Positions 48,573 to 57,428 of a stretch of 64,000 bases of DNA are shown here, one piece after another. Origin of the DNA: an uncultured Candidatus Rokubacteria bacterium (GTDB taxonomy: Bacteria; Methylomirabilota; Methylomirabilia; Rokubacteriales; CSP1-6); NCBI GenBank assembly GCA_963762145.1, contig CAVXJS010000022.1, forward strand, positions 73,885-137,884. Direction: 5' to 3'. The notes beneath the pieces were generated by a model. That model worked only from the letters and a program-made list of their open reading frames with translations. It searched no databases and was not told where the DNA came from. Within the stretch, counting starts at the first letter, position 1, and each line of letters opens with the position of its first letter. Made by a program: the position numbers and the translations under genes.

Positions 48573-48917
48573 TTGCATGCAATGGACATCGTGCGCCTGG
48601 CCGTCATGGTGAGCCCGCTGCTCGGGGCCGCGGCGGGCTATCTCGTGGACGGCCTCACGGGCGCGACGTCGGGATTCCTGATCCCGATGGGGCCTGCTGT
48701 CGTGGCGTGGCTCTACCGTGGGTTTGACGATGCGCTACGGCCGTCGCGCCCGGCGGGACCGTCCGAGCCCGCGCACCAACCCCGTCGAGCGGGTTCGTCT
48801 CCAATGCAGGAGATCAAGGATGAGACTACTGAGGCATCAATGGCCAGAGCACGGCCGTTGCTTGGCGATAGCGTGGGCCCGAAGCGCCGCGGCGCCCGTC
48901 TAAACCGAGTGCCTTGA
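48573..48917 (+). CDS. hypothetical small membrane protein
   Basis: 114-aa ORF with two hydrophobic N-terminal segments. Weak support. Confidence 0.25.
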   Translation: MHAMDIVRLAVMVSPLLGAAAGYLVDGLTGATSGFLIPMGPAVVAWLYRGFDDALRPSRPAGPSEPAHQPRRAGSSPMQEIKDETTEASMARARPLLGDSVGPKRRGARLNRVP

Positions 48918-49238
48918 TGATCTGGGGCGAATGGACCCATCCGATCGCGCTTGTCCTGCTCGGTGCAGTTCTTCTGGTGGTCGGCCTTATCTCTCGGGAT
49001 AGGTCGTGAGGGCCGCTCGCGGCCGGCGAGGTTGATGACCAACTCGAACTTCGTCGGCCGCTTGAGCAGCCGGATGTACCGATTCCGGAGCGTATCGGTC
49101 TGCCGTCTGAGCGTGTCCACCTGCTGGGAAAAAATCTCGTACTTGCCGGCATCCTGATCGGCGAGTTGCTCGCTGAACCACTGCAGGGCCCCTAGCTGGG
49201 CCTGCAGCCCCTGACGGTACTCCTGATGGAATCGATCC

Positions 49239-49628
49239 TCACTCACGAAGAGCTTTGTTCACACACGCCATCTTGTCCTTGAGAGTCTGCCCATGCGCGT
49301 CGACTTCCGCGAGGCGCCCGCCCGCAGTCGCCGCTAGCTGCGCTGTCAGCGCCTGCTGCGCCTGAGAAAGACACTCCATCTTCACCGTGTTCAGTCGCCG
49401 GAGTTCCGCGCGAACCTGCGCATCGGAGAGCGGAGTCCCGGGGAACGTTGAAGATGCTGAACTGGGCGTCGCCGCAGCCGGTTGGGCAGCCACCCCTGAC
49501 GCTACGGCTAGGCTGACAGCCAGCCCGAGCCCCGCCACGGTCGTAGCAGACAGTAGATACGCCACGGCTGATCCTCCTGAGTTCCTCGGTTTCGTGGGTT
49601 TGGTCCGGTCGCCTTGCGGTTTGAGCAC
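49239..49628 (-). CDS. hypothetical secreted protein
   Basis: 129-aa ORF with an internal signal-like segment (AVAYLLSATTVAGLGLAVSLAVASGVAAQ). It is followed by a short ORF that runs into an SBP tail remnant ([11 protein letters not shown], about 49040-49075). Confidence 0.4.
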   Translation of the reverse strand: MLKPQGDRTKPTKPRNSGGSAVAYLLSATTVAGLGLAVSLAVASGVAAQPAAATPSSASSTFPGTPLSDAQVRAELRRLNTVKMECLSQAQQALTAQLAATAGGRLAEVDAHGQTLKDKMACVNKALRE

Positions 49629-49670
49629 CGCTATGACCTCAGTCTGCCGGCAAGATGGATGGCGCTCTTC

Positions 49671-50033
49671 TTATTGGCCCGACACATCTGGCCTGCCGGG
49701 TTCGACGCGTTGGGGCAGTTCGGGCGGCAGCAGGTCAGGCGCCGTTCGCCGGGTCGTCCTCCGGTTCAGGAGGAGCAGTTTCCGCACCACTTCCCACGGC
49801 CAGTACGTCAGCGTGCACCGCCCGAGCACGAGCACGGTCTGACGATGCCCCTTCAAGACGTCAACGTCTCGTCGCACTTCGATCTCCCAGCGGCCAGCGT
49901 CCGGGGGCCGAGCCTGCCACTCTTCCTGGCTCTTCCACTCGACGAACACTTCCCCGAAGATCGGAGCGCGCATGATCGTGTACGCGGGACCCGTTTCGAA
50001 GAGCACGTATCCCTGGGCGCTCTGGAACGTCAT
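49671..50033 (-). CDS. hypothetical protein
   Basis: 120-aa ORF. No family recognised. Confidence 0.35.
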   Translation of the reverse strand: MTFQSAQGYVLFETGPAYTIMRAPIFGEVFVEWKSQEEWQARPPDAGRWEIEVRRDVDVLKGHRQTVLVLGRCTLTYWPWEVVRKLLLLNRRTTRRTAPDLLPPELPQRVEPGRPDVSGQ

Positions 50034-50244
50034 GGCGCGAGCCTCCTCAGTCTCGAAGCCAGGTCAGAGGCAAGCCCTGTGCCAACCAGGTCCGAGACCA
50101 CTAGCCGCGCGCAGTAACCAGCGAGCCCGCCTGGGCGAAACCCACCCGCACCGTGGGATCGGTGGGATCCGTCTGGGGTGTCACTGGCGGTGGGTCTGTC
50201 TGATGGGCGACGGTGGGAGCGTCAGGAGCACGACTCACTTACTC

Positions 50245-51210
50245 TCACTCAATCACCTGATCCGCCCGCTGCAGGAGCGACGGCGGGATCGTGAGGCCGA
50301 GCGCCTTGGCGGTCTTGAGGTTGATGACCAGCTCGAATCGCGTCGGCCGTTCGACCGGCAAGTCGCTCGGTTTTGCGCCCTTAAGGATCCTGTCGACGAA
50401 GCTTGCGGCCCGCCGGGAGACGTCGGCGAGCTGTGCCCCATGGGACAGGAGACCCCCGGACTCAACGAAGTGTCTTTGATTGGAGATCGCTGGCAGGCGA
50501 TGCCGCACCGCAAGTTCCGCGGCCCGCCAAGCAGTGAGAGCGCCATCAACGATCACGGCGCCGGCGCGTTGCTTGGTCAGCGAAGAGAAGGCGGTATCGA
50601 CCTCTTGGGGCCCGTGCACATCGACAACGGAGAGTTGAACCTTGCCTCTCTTGGCTGCAGCCTGGGTCTCGTCAACCAGCGACTTTGCGAAGGGGTTGGT
50701 TGGATTGACGAGCAGGCCCACGCGCGTCAGGCCTGGGTCGAGCTCGCGAAGCAACTCTATCCGCTTCCCCGCCAGCTCTGCTGAGATCCCGGTCAGACCG
50801 GTGATGTTGCCGCCCGGGTGCCCGAGGCTCGCCACAAAGCCCGTCCCCACTGGATCTCCAGCCGACGCCATGACGATGGGAATTGTGCGAGTCGCGTCCT
50901 TCGCGGCCTGCACCGCCGGCGTGAGGTTGGCCACGATGAGATCGACCTTCAGCGCGACCAGTTCCATGGCGAAGGTCTTCGCGCGGTCCGGCCGGCCGTC
51001 GGCCGCTCGCCATTCGACGAGAATGTTCTGTCCTTCCACATATCCGTGGTCGCGAAGACCCTGACCGAACGCCTCCCGCAATGTGGAGTTCATCTCAGTG
51101 AACGTCAACACTCCGACGCGTGGTATCTTCCCGGTCTGCTGCGCCCCGGCGGCGAGCGGCGCGGCGAGGAGGCCGCCAGCAAGGGTGCCCAAAAAGGCTC
51201 GCCGCTCCAT
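50245..51210 (-). CDS. ABC_sub_bind-type periplasmic substrate-binding protein
   Basis: 321 aa from [30 protein letters not shown] (start 51210) to ...[18 protein letters not shown]. It lies inside the longer ORF 50245..51513. Confidence 0.9.
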   Translation of the reverse strand: [321 protein letters not shown]

Positions 51211-52166
51211 TACTCGATCACCTGATCCGCCCGCTGCAGGAGCGACGGCGGGATCGTGAGACCGAGGGCCTTCGAGGCCTTGAGGTTGATCACCACCTCG
51301 AACTTGGTGGGCTGCTCGACCGGGAGGTCTGCAGGTGTCGCACCTCGGAGGATCTTGTCGATCTGCGCGGCTACCCTTGGCACGTTCTGCAGTGGCGTCG
51401 GCCCGTGGGAAAGCAACCCACCCGACTCGGCGAATCGTCGGTCGTAGCCGATCGCAGGCAGGCGGCTCTTCGCGGCCACTGCCCCAATGTGTTCCAGGTG
51501 AGCCCGGAACCACACCACGTTGGGCACAAGGACGGCCTCGGCACGGGCACGCTTGGCCGCTGCGAAGAACCGGCCAAAGTCTTCCGGCCCCCGTACTGAG
51601 ATGCCTTGTATCTCAATACCAAACGCTTGGGCGGCGGCGGTCAATCTCTGCCGTCTCGCACCGACATCGGGTGCGGGAGCCGGATAGACTACGCGCGCCA
51701 CCTCGGGCAACGCTTCTTTGAGGATCTCTAACAGTTTCTCGTCATAGACGCCGAGCGCGAAGCCCGTCAGGTTCCCCCCTGGACGCGAATAGCTGGTCAC
51801 GAATCCGCTTTCGATCGGATCGGAGGCGAGGCTAAATACGATGGGAATCGTCCTGGTCGCCTCCTTGGCGGCGTTAGTCGCAGGCGTTCCTGCCGTTAAC
51901 ATGAGGTCAACCTTGAGCCGCACAAGTTCGGCCGCGAGAGTCGGGAGCTGATCTCGTCGCTCGGCATTGCGGCGCTCGACCTTGAGGTTCTGGCCCTCGA
52001 CCCATCCAAGCTCCTGCATCGCGTCCACGAAGGGCTTGGACCCGGGGTCCTGGCCTTCTCGGAGCGCACCGATTCGGTAGACCTTTCCCGCCGGCTGCCC
52101 CTCGGCGGCGAACGGCGCGGCCAAGAGGCCGACGATAGCGCGGGCGATGAAGGTCCTCCGATCCAT
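51210..52166 (-). CDS. ABC_sub_bind-type periplasmic substrate-binding protein
   Basis: 318 aa from [30 protein letters not shown] (start 52166, GGAGGGA RBS) to ...[18 protein letters not shown]. Its stop overlaps the next start by 1 nt. Confidence 0.9.
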   Translation of the reverse strand: [318 protein letters not shown]

Positions 52167-52525
52167 ATCTCCCTCCTTCACGTGCACAGACGCTGGCGGG
52201 CGTAGGCCCAGATCTTGGCCGCACACCACTGCGCCATTCCGCACATTCGAGCAGCGCGACGACCTGCGCGTCTCGGCGCTGCGGGCGCTCGAGCACCCGC
52301 GGCCGGGCTCCGCGCTCGACGACACCGAGCCGAACAGGCCGTCTGCCAGCCTGCAGCTGTACGGCAGACCGCACCGCCGCGAAGAGGCTACCACAGGCGT
52401 GCGCACGCCCTCCGGCGAGACCGGGGCTCCGAGTGAGGCTCTCAGCATGAGGCCACGAAGGAAATCGCGGCGCCCAGGAACATCTTGCGGAGCATCCGCC
52501 GGACCCGTCTTCCGGGAGACCTTCC

Positions 52526-53191
52526 ATGACGTTCCCTGAGAAGTCCCCTTTCCCGCTGATGAGCGGAAGGGGCCCTGTCCCCGAACTTCTTCAGGCAGTC
52601 GAGCGGGTCGCGCTGATGCTCGATAGCATGACGGACAGCTTCTTCGCGCTCGATCGCGACTGGCGCTACACCTACTTCAATAAACCCGCAGAGGAACAGC
52701 TCCAGGCGTTGGGCAAGAATCCGGTGAGTCTCATCGGTAAGACGCTGTGGGAGGAATTCCCGAATCCACCGGTCGAGGACGTGCTCCGGCGCGTCATGAA
52801 CGACCGCATCGCGGTCACCGATGAGCACTACTATCCTCCCCTGCGCGAGTGGGTGGAAAATCGCATCTTTCCGACACCGGATGGTGGGTTGGCGATCTTC
52901 CAGCGCTACATCACCGATCGCAAGCGGGCCGAAGAACAGCTTCGGGCAAGCGAAGAGCGTTTCCGGCGGTACTTCGACCTCGGACTGATCGGCATGGCCA
53001 TCACGTCGCCCACTAAGAGCTGCCTGGACGTCAATGACGAGCTGTGCCGGATTCTGGGGTACCAGCGGCACGAACTTCTACGCATGACATGGGCAGAGAT
53101 CACGCACCCGGAGGACCTTGCCGCTGACGTCACCCAATTCGACCGAGTCATGGCGGGCGAGATCCATGGCTATTCCATGGACAAGCGCTGA
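52526..53191 (+). pseudogene. PAS-domain sensor fragment (one PAS plus the first part of a second; no output domain)
   Basis: …DSFFALDRDWRYTYFNKPAEE…ITDRKRAEEQLRASEERFRRYFDLGLIGMAITSP…GYSMDKR*. It stops in the middle of the second PAS fold. Confidence 0.65.
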
Positions 53192-53385
53192 AAGAAGAAA
53201 GTCACCGCACCCTTCCCCAATCCTACTAGCGTCCCGCTCCCTTTGTCAGTTCAGTAACTAGCTCAAACCGGAATTGCGCTAGGCAATCGCAAAGAGCATC
53301 AATATCTCGCCGGCGCGCCTCCTGAAGCACCATCAGGTTTGCGTATTGCTCCATCGCTCTCACGCTACCAGGTTCGGTAATTTGC

Positions 53386-53874
53386 TCAGTATGCAGACAC
53401 AAAGAAATCCCGAAAATACTCGCGCGCTAGTCGAACTTCCTCGAGTGTGAACGTCATCGGATCCCTCGTCCCACGGGCGGTGTAGAACAGCGACGCGATG
53501 AAATTGCTCGCGTGCGTGACGCCTTGTCCCGGGACATTGTGCTCGAGGAAACCAAACTCGCAATTTACTGCGTTATCACGCACAGCCCACAATGCCATGA
53601 AGAAGGCATCCACAATCTGCAACCACCTGGTGAGGATCCTCAGCCCCTCGGCTGGATCCTTCTCATTGGGGACGTCCTTCCAGTACACGGCCGCATGGGC
53701 CGAAAGAAGCGCCGAATATTCAAGACTCCCGATCGCAAGTTGAAACGGTCGTGATAGCAATTTCCCGAGCTCAGCGGAGCATTGATTCGTAAGGTAACAA
53801 TTCTCGTCGAGGCGAATCCCTCGTCCTGTCGATTCCGAGAGTCGAAGGCCATGAACACCAGCTACGAGGAGCAT
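53386..53874 (-). CDS. hypothetical protein (lower-GC; may continue to ~53228 after a frameshift)
   Basis: 162-aa ORF. A contiguous alternative frame downstream reads …EQITEPGSVRAMEQYANLMVLQEARRRDIDALCDCLAQFRFELVTELTKGAGR*. Confidence 0.4.
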   Translation of the reverse strand: MLLVAGVHGLRLSESTGRGIRLDENCYLTNQCSAELGKLLSRPFQLAIGSLEYSALLSAHAAVYWKDVPNEKDPAEGLRILTRWLQIVDAFFMALWAVRDNAVNCEFGFLEHNVPGQGVTHASNFIASLFYTARGTRDPMTFTLEEVRLAREYFRDFFVSAY

Positions 53875-54405
53875 GGCGCCTCTCTCTCTAAACCATGCAG
53901 GCTCTGGAATAGACGGCAGCGAACTGTATTGACCATGTCAGCATCTCAGCCTTCCGTGACTCTGACGGGCTTGCCTCTCTCGACTGGCGTGGAGACCGCC
54001 TACGACAGAACCCGCGAGCCGACTCAATCTCAACAGACCGGCATCGAAGGTTTTTACCATACGTCCCCGCTGACGTCTCGCTGACGGTTTTCGAGGGATT
54101 AAGCGGGTAGATTAGGGATTCGTGCGGAGCTAGGAGGGAAGCAAAAGAGACGTTCCGGGACCTACTTAGCCCGCATGGGACGCTGCGCTCCACCGCTCCC
54201 AAAGCAGGTGCGCGCCAGCAAGCTGTATCACACCCTGAAGCGGGCCGCGAATCTTCATCACACTCCCTCGTTCATGGCGCCATCCCTCCGGAGGCACGCC
54301 CTGGGAGGCACCTGGTACGTTCTGACGGGTTCTAGCGAGCGATGGGGGGACGGATGAGGGGGTCGGGCCCACCCCGCGAACGACTAGAGCTCCTAGACGC
54401 CTAGA

Positions 54406-55575
54406 CTGTCCTGAGCCGGATTAGTGTTGACACTTGTGACCAGAAACAGTGAGGGCCATCTGGCCTATCGTTCCCAGAGTGAACCACCCCCTGCCAGGGG
54501 AACCACTTTGGGAGGATCGACCGATGACCCTCGAGGAGAAAGTACACGGACTGCGGCTGCATGTCATCCAGCGGGCGGAGGAGTTGGGCAATGTCAGTCG
54601 GGCCTGCCGGGAGGCGGGGATCTCCCGCGCCCTGTTCTACCGCTGGCGTCAGCGGTTGGAGCGCTACGGCCAGGACGGGGTGCATCCGCGGCGGCATCGG
54701 GCCCGCCCCGGCCGACCGGTGCAGCTGGCCCCGGAGACGGAGCGGCTGCTGCTGAGCGTGGCGGTCAGCGCGGCGACGTGGGGCGCGAGTCGGATCGCCG
54801 CTTACCTGCGCCATCGCTGGCAGCTGCGCGTGGCACCCAGCACGGTGCAGCGTGCCCTGCGGCGGGCCGGGCTGGCGACCCGCCGGCAGCGGCTGACCGT
54901 GCTCGAGCACCGCGCCCTGCAGACGGCGGGGTTGCTGACCGAGCGGACGCGCAGCACCCTGTGGCAGGCGCAGCACGGCCAGCCGCGTCACGTCGCCGCC
55001 CGCGAGCCCGGCGAGCTGGTGTGCGTGGACACCTTCTACATTGGGCAGCTCAAAGGCGTGGGCAAGGTCTGGCAGATCACGGCCTGCGACGCCGCGTGCT
55101 CCTACGGCGTCGCGTGGTTGCTGCCAGCCCACAACGCCGAGGCGGCCGCTCACTTCGTGCGTCGCATCTTGGTGCCCCTGTATCGCCGGGCGGGCTGGCG
55201 GCTGCGCCGCCTGCTCACCGACGGCGGCCCCGAGTTCAAGGGGGCGTTCGATGACGCCTGCCGGACGCTCGGCCTCCGCCACACCCGAACGAAGCCGCGG
55301 CACGCGTGGACGAACGGGTTCGTCGAGCGGCTGCAAGGCACGATCTTGCAGGAGCATTGGCGCGTGGCCTTCCGTCGGCGCTACTTCACGAGTCGAACGG
55401 CGCTCCAACGAAGCCTCGATGGGTTCATGCAGTCCTACAATCACGAGCGGCCCCATCAAGGCTACCGGGTCCGTGGCCGCACCCCCGCCGCGCTCTTCTG
55501 GGGCGCCGCTCGGGCCTGACCGCATGTCGCACTCTGGGGTGGCCAAGGTGTCTACACCATTCCGGGTCTGGACAG
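54406..55575 (+). mobile_element. IS481-family insertion sequence with 6-bp target-site duplication CCTAGA
   Basis: About 40-bp imperfect terminal inverted repeats (ctgtcctgagccggattagtgttgacac... and ...gtgtctacaccattccgggtctggacag). Identical CCTAGA at 54400-54405 and 55576-55581. Confidence 0.85.
54524..55519 (+). CDS. IS481-family DDE transposase (HTH + rve integrase core)
   Basis: 331 aa from MTLEEKVHGLRLHVIQRAEELGNVSRACREAGISRALFYRWRQR (GGAGGA RBS). DDE core …VCVDTF…LLTDGGPEF…WTNGFVERLQGT…. Confidence 0.9.
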   Translation: MTLEEKVHGLRLHVIQRAEELGNVSRACREAGISRALFYRWRQRLERYGQDGVHPRRHRARPGRPVQLAPETERLLLSVAVSAATWGASRIAAYLRHRWQLRVAPSTVQRALRRAGLATRRQRLTVLEHRALQTAGLLTERTRSTLWQAQHGQPRHVAAREPGELVCVDTFYIGQLKGVGKVWQITACDAACSYGVAWLLPAHNAEAAAHFVRRILVPLYRRAGWRLRRLLTDGGPEFKGAFDDACRTLGLRHTRTKPRHAWTNGFVERLQGTILQEHWRVAFRRRYFTSRTALQRSLDGFMQSYNHERPHQGYRVRGRTPAALFWGAARA

Positions 55576-55586
55576 CCTAGACCCTT

Positions 55587-55604
55587 CCTAGGATCGATCC
55601 TAGG
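55587..55604. repeat. perfect 18-bp palindrome cctaggatcgatcctagg
   Basis: Read directly from the sequence. It lies 6 nt right of the IS481 target duplication in a CTAG-rich stretch. Confidence 0.9.
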
Positions 55605-56102
55605 AGTGCCCCCAACGATCTAGTTCGGTAAGCTGGTCCGGCGGACCCCCCTTTGGGAACTCTGAGTCCAAGTCCGGACCAAGTTCGGGGGCTCACTCGG
55701 GCACGTTCAGAGTCACATCCGCTCAACTCGGTGAGGGAGCCTAGGATACGACTCCTCGCTTTTCGCGCGGGAATCGTGAGCGGGAGCGAGCGCGAGTGAC
55801 CTAGCTCGATATGGAGCGGGACCGATTTCGAGTCGGACCCCGACGCGCTCACCTTCCCGCAGTCCACTACAAGGCTTGAGCCTAGACCTTAGCGATGGCC
55901 GACACCGCCGCGCGGCCTGGGAGCGTAAAGCAAGAGCCCCCGAGGTCGAAGAATTCTCGAAGTACGGAGACTCGCTCAAGGTCTCTCCCAATCGGTCCCG
56001 CCGATCCCTTCGAGAGCGGACCCGATCGGAACCCTCGGGAATACTTAGCTAGAGTGAGATAGAGAAGGCCCGAGAGATCTAGGGCGAAGGGCCCCGATCG
56101 CT

Positions 56103-56143
56103 TTAGAAGGCCGATGCTCTATCCAACTGAGCTACAGGCGCGT
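56103..56143 (-). repeat. right 41-bp direct repeat (att site) = orphan 5' half of tRNA-Arg(TCT)
   Basis: Identical to 26310-26350. Sequence to its left does not complete a cloverleaf. Confidence 0.9.
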
Positions 56144-56192
56144 GCCGGTATTCTGCGGGCTTAGAGAGCGGGACGCAAGCTTCGGAGCGGTG

Positions 56193-57200
56193 CTACAGCA
56201 GGATTTTGTTCTGGGGCTTCAGCGGCGGCGGACAGTCGGTTTCGCCAAGCATTTCCCGCAGGTCTATTTCCGCGGTCCGGCACATTTGTGAGATCGGGAC
56301 GTCATTCGGACCTCCTTCAAAAGGGCTTTCGGTGCTTTCTCCGACTCGCCCCAGCGAAGTGTACATCCAGGAAATCAATACACTGAAGGGGATGACCAGC
56401 CAGACCATGTGGCCTTTCATGATCCCCTCGACGCTTTCATTGAGGCTGTCGAATTCCCGGAGCAACCCGAAGGGAAGCAGAACGCAGAACAGTTTGACGA
56501 AGAAGGAATTGATGGACGCAAATTGCCTTGGATACGGGAAATCCTTGATGCGCTCACACCTGCCTTGTAGCACGAGGAAGTCCTTGATTGACTTTTGCAT
56601 GTCAACGAACTGCGTCACGACAATCACCTGGCTGGCCAGGAGCCCTTTTATCGCTTTGCTTTGGAGGGCCATGATCTGGGTTGCCCTGCTGCCCTTGGCA
56701 AGGACCTGGGTTAGCTCCGCATCAGGGAGGAATTTCGCCAGCTCCGTTTCCAATGCCGTTTGCATTTCAGGGATGGAGTAGTACTTCAAATACTCTGCAT
56801 TGTGCGCCTTGCTCGTGCTTTCCCATGGCCGGTGCTCTCGCAGCTGATAGCGCAGTGCGGTCAGCCAGGCGAGGTGGCGATAGACAAGCTCCCGTGATTT
56901 TTCGGTACTGTCGAAAGAATCCCGGCTGATTGTTCCCCACGCCCGGCTGCTGCTTATGATGTCGCCCCATATGTATCGCGCTTCCCAGGTGCGGTTGTAG
57001 GTTTGCACGTTCTTGAAACCAACGATGAACGCGGTCGCCGTTCCCAGGAGCGCCACCACCGTCCAGGGAATACCCAGCCATTTCATGTTCCCGGTCTGGT
57101 ATGCAACCGCAGGTACGATTCCCAGGACGATCAGGACGTAGATATCCCTTCGCGTCCAATCGAGGAACTCCAAGAGTCGGTATGATTTCCCCGTGTGCAT
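56193..57200 (-). CDS. bestrophin-family (YneE/UPF0187-like) ion channel
   Basis: Intact 335-aa ORF with visibly lower GC. N-terminal TM pairs and the NRTWEARYIWGDIISSSRAWG block are typical of bacterial bestrophin homologues. Confidence 0.8.
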   Translation of the reverse strand: MHTGKSYRLLEFLDWTRRDIYVLIVLGIVPAVAYQTGNMKWLGIPWTVVALLGTATAFIVGFKNVQTYNRTWEARYIWGDIISSSRAWGTISRDSFDSTEKSRELVYRHLAWLTALRYQLREHRPWESTSKAHNAEYLKYYSIPEMQTALETELAKFLPDAELTQVLAKGSRATQIMALQSKAIKGLLASQVIVVTQFVDMQKSIKDFLVLQGRCERIKDFPYPRQFASINSFFVKLFCVLLPFGLLREFDSLNESVEGIMKGHMVWLVIPFSVLISWMYTSLGRVGESTESPFEGGPNDVPISQMCRTAEIDLREMLGETDCPPPLKPQNKILL

Positions 57201-57428
57201 GGTTGCCTGTCTTTACCAAGACCACGATCACCTTGCAAGTGGGACCGATGATGGCCCGTGGTACGATCCCATCCGCGGGGATCGGCCATGAGCTTGACCC
57301 GAGTCGGGAAACTACCGCACACAGCCCTCATGGCGGCCTGGACATTGAGCCGCAGGCTCCTGCCACTGCGCGCGTTGGCCGCAATCTTCCGGAAGTACGG
57401 TTGTGCCGGCCACCGCTGAGCCGCTGAG

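Larger units (their letters stand above)
26310..56143. mobile_element. ~29.8-kb integrative element / genomic island inserted in tRNA-Arg(TCT)
   Basis: Bounded by the perfect 41-bp direct repeat. The integrase sits next to the tRNA. Content includes Xis, Prim-Pol, a helicase, two IS elements, lower-GC patches and many gene remnants. Confidence 0.8.

Noticed and set aside
54401-55546. 381-aa ORF antisense to the IS481 transposase
   Set aside because: It is a shadow ORF. The plus-strand ORF carries the HTH and DDE motifs and has an RBS.
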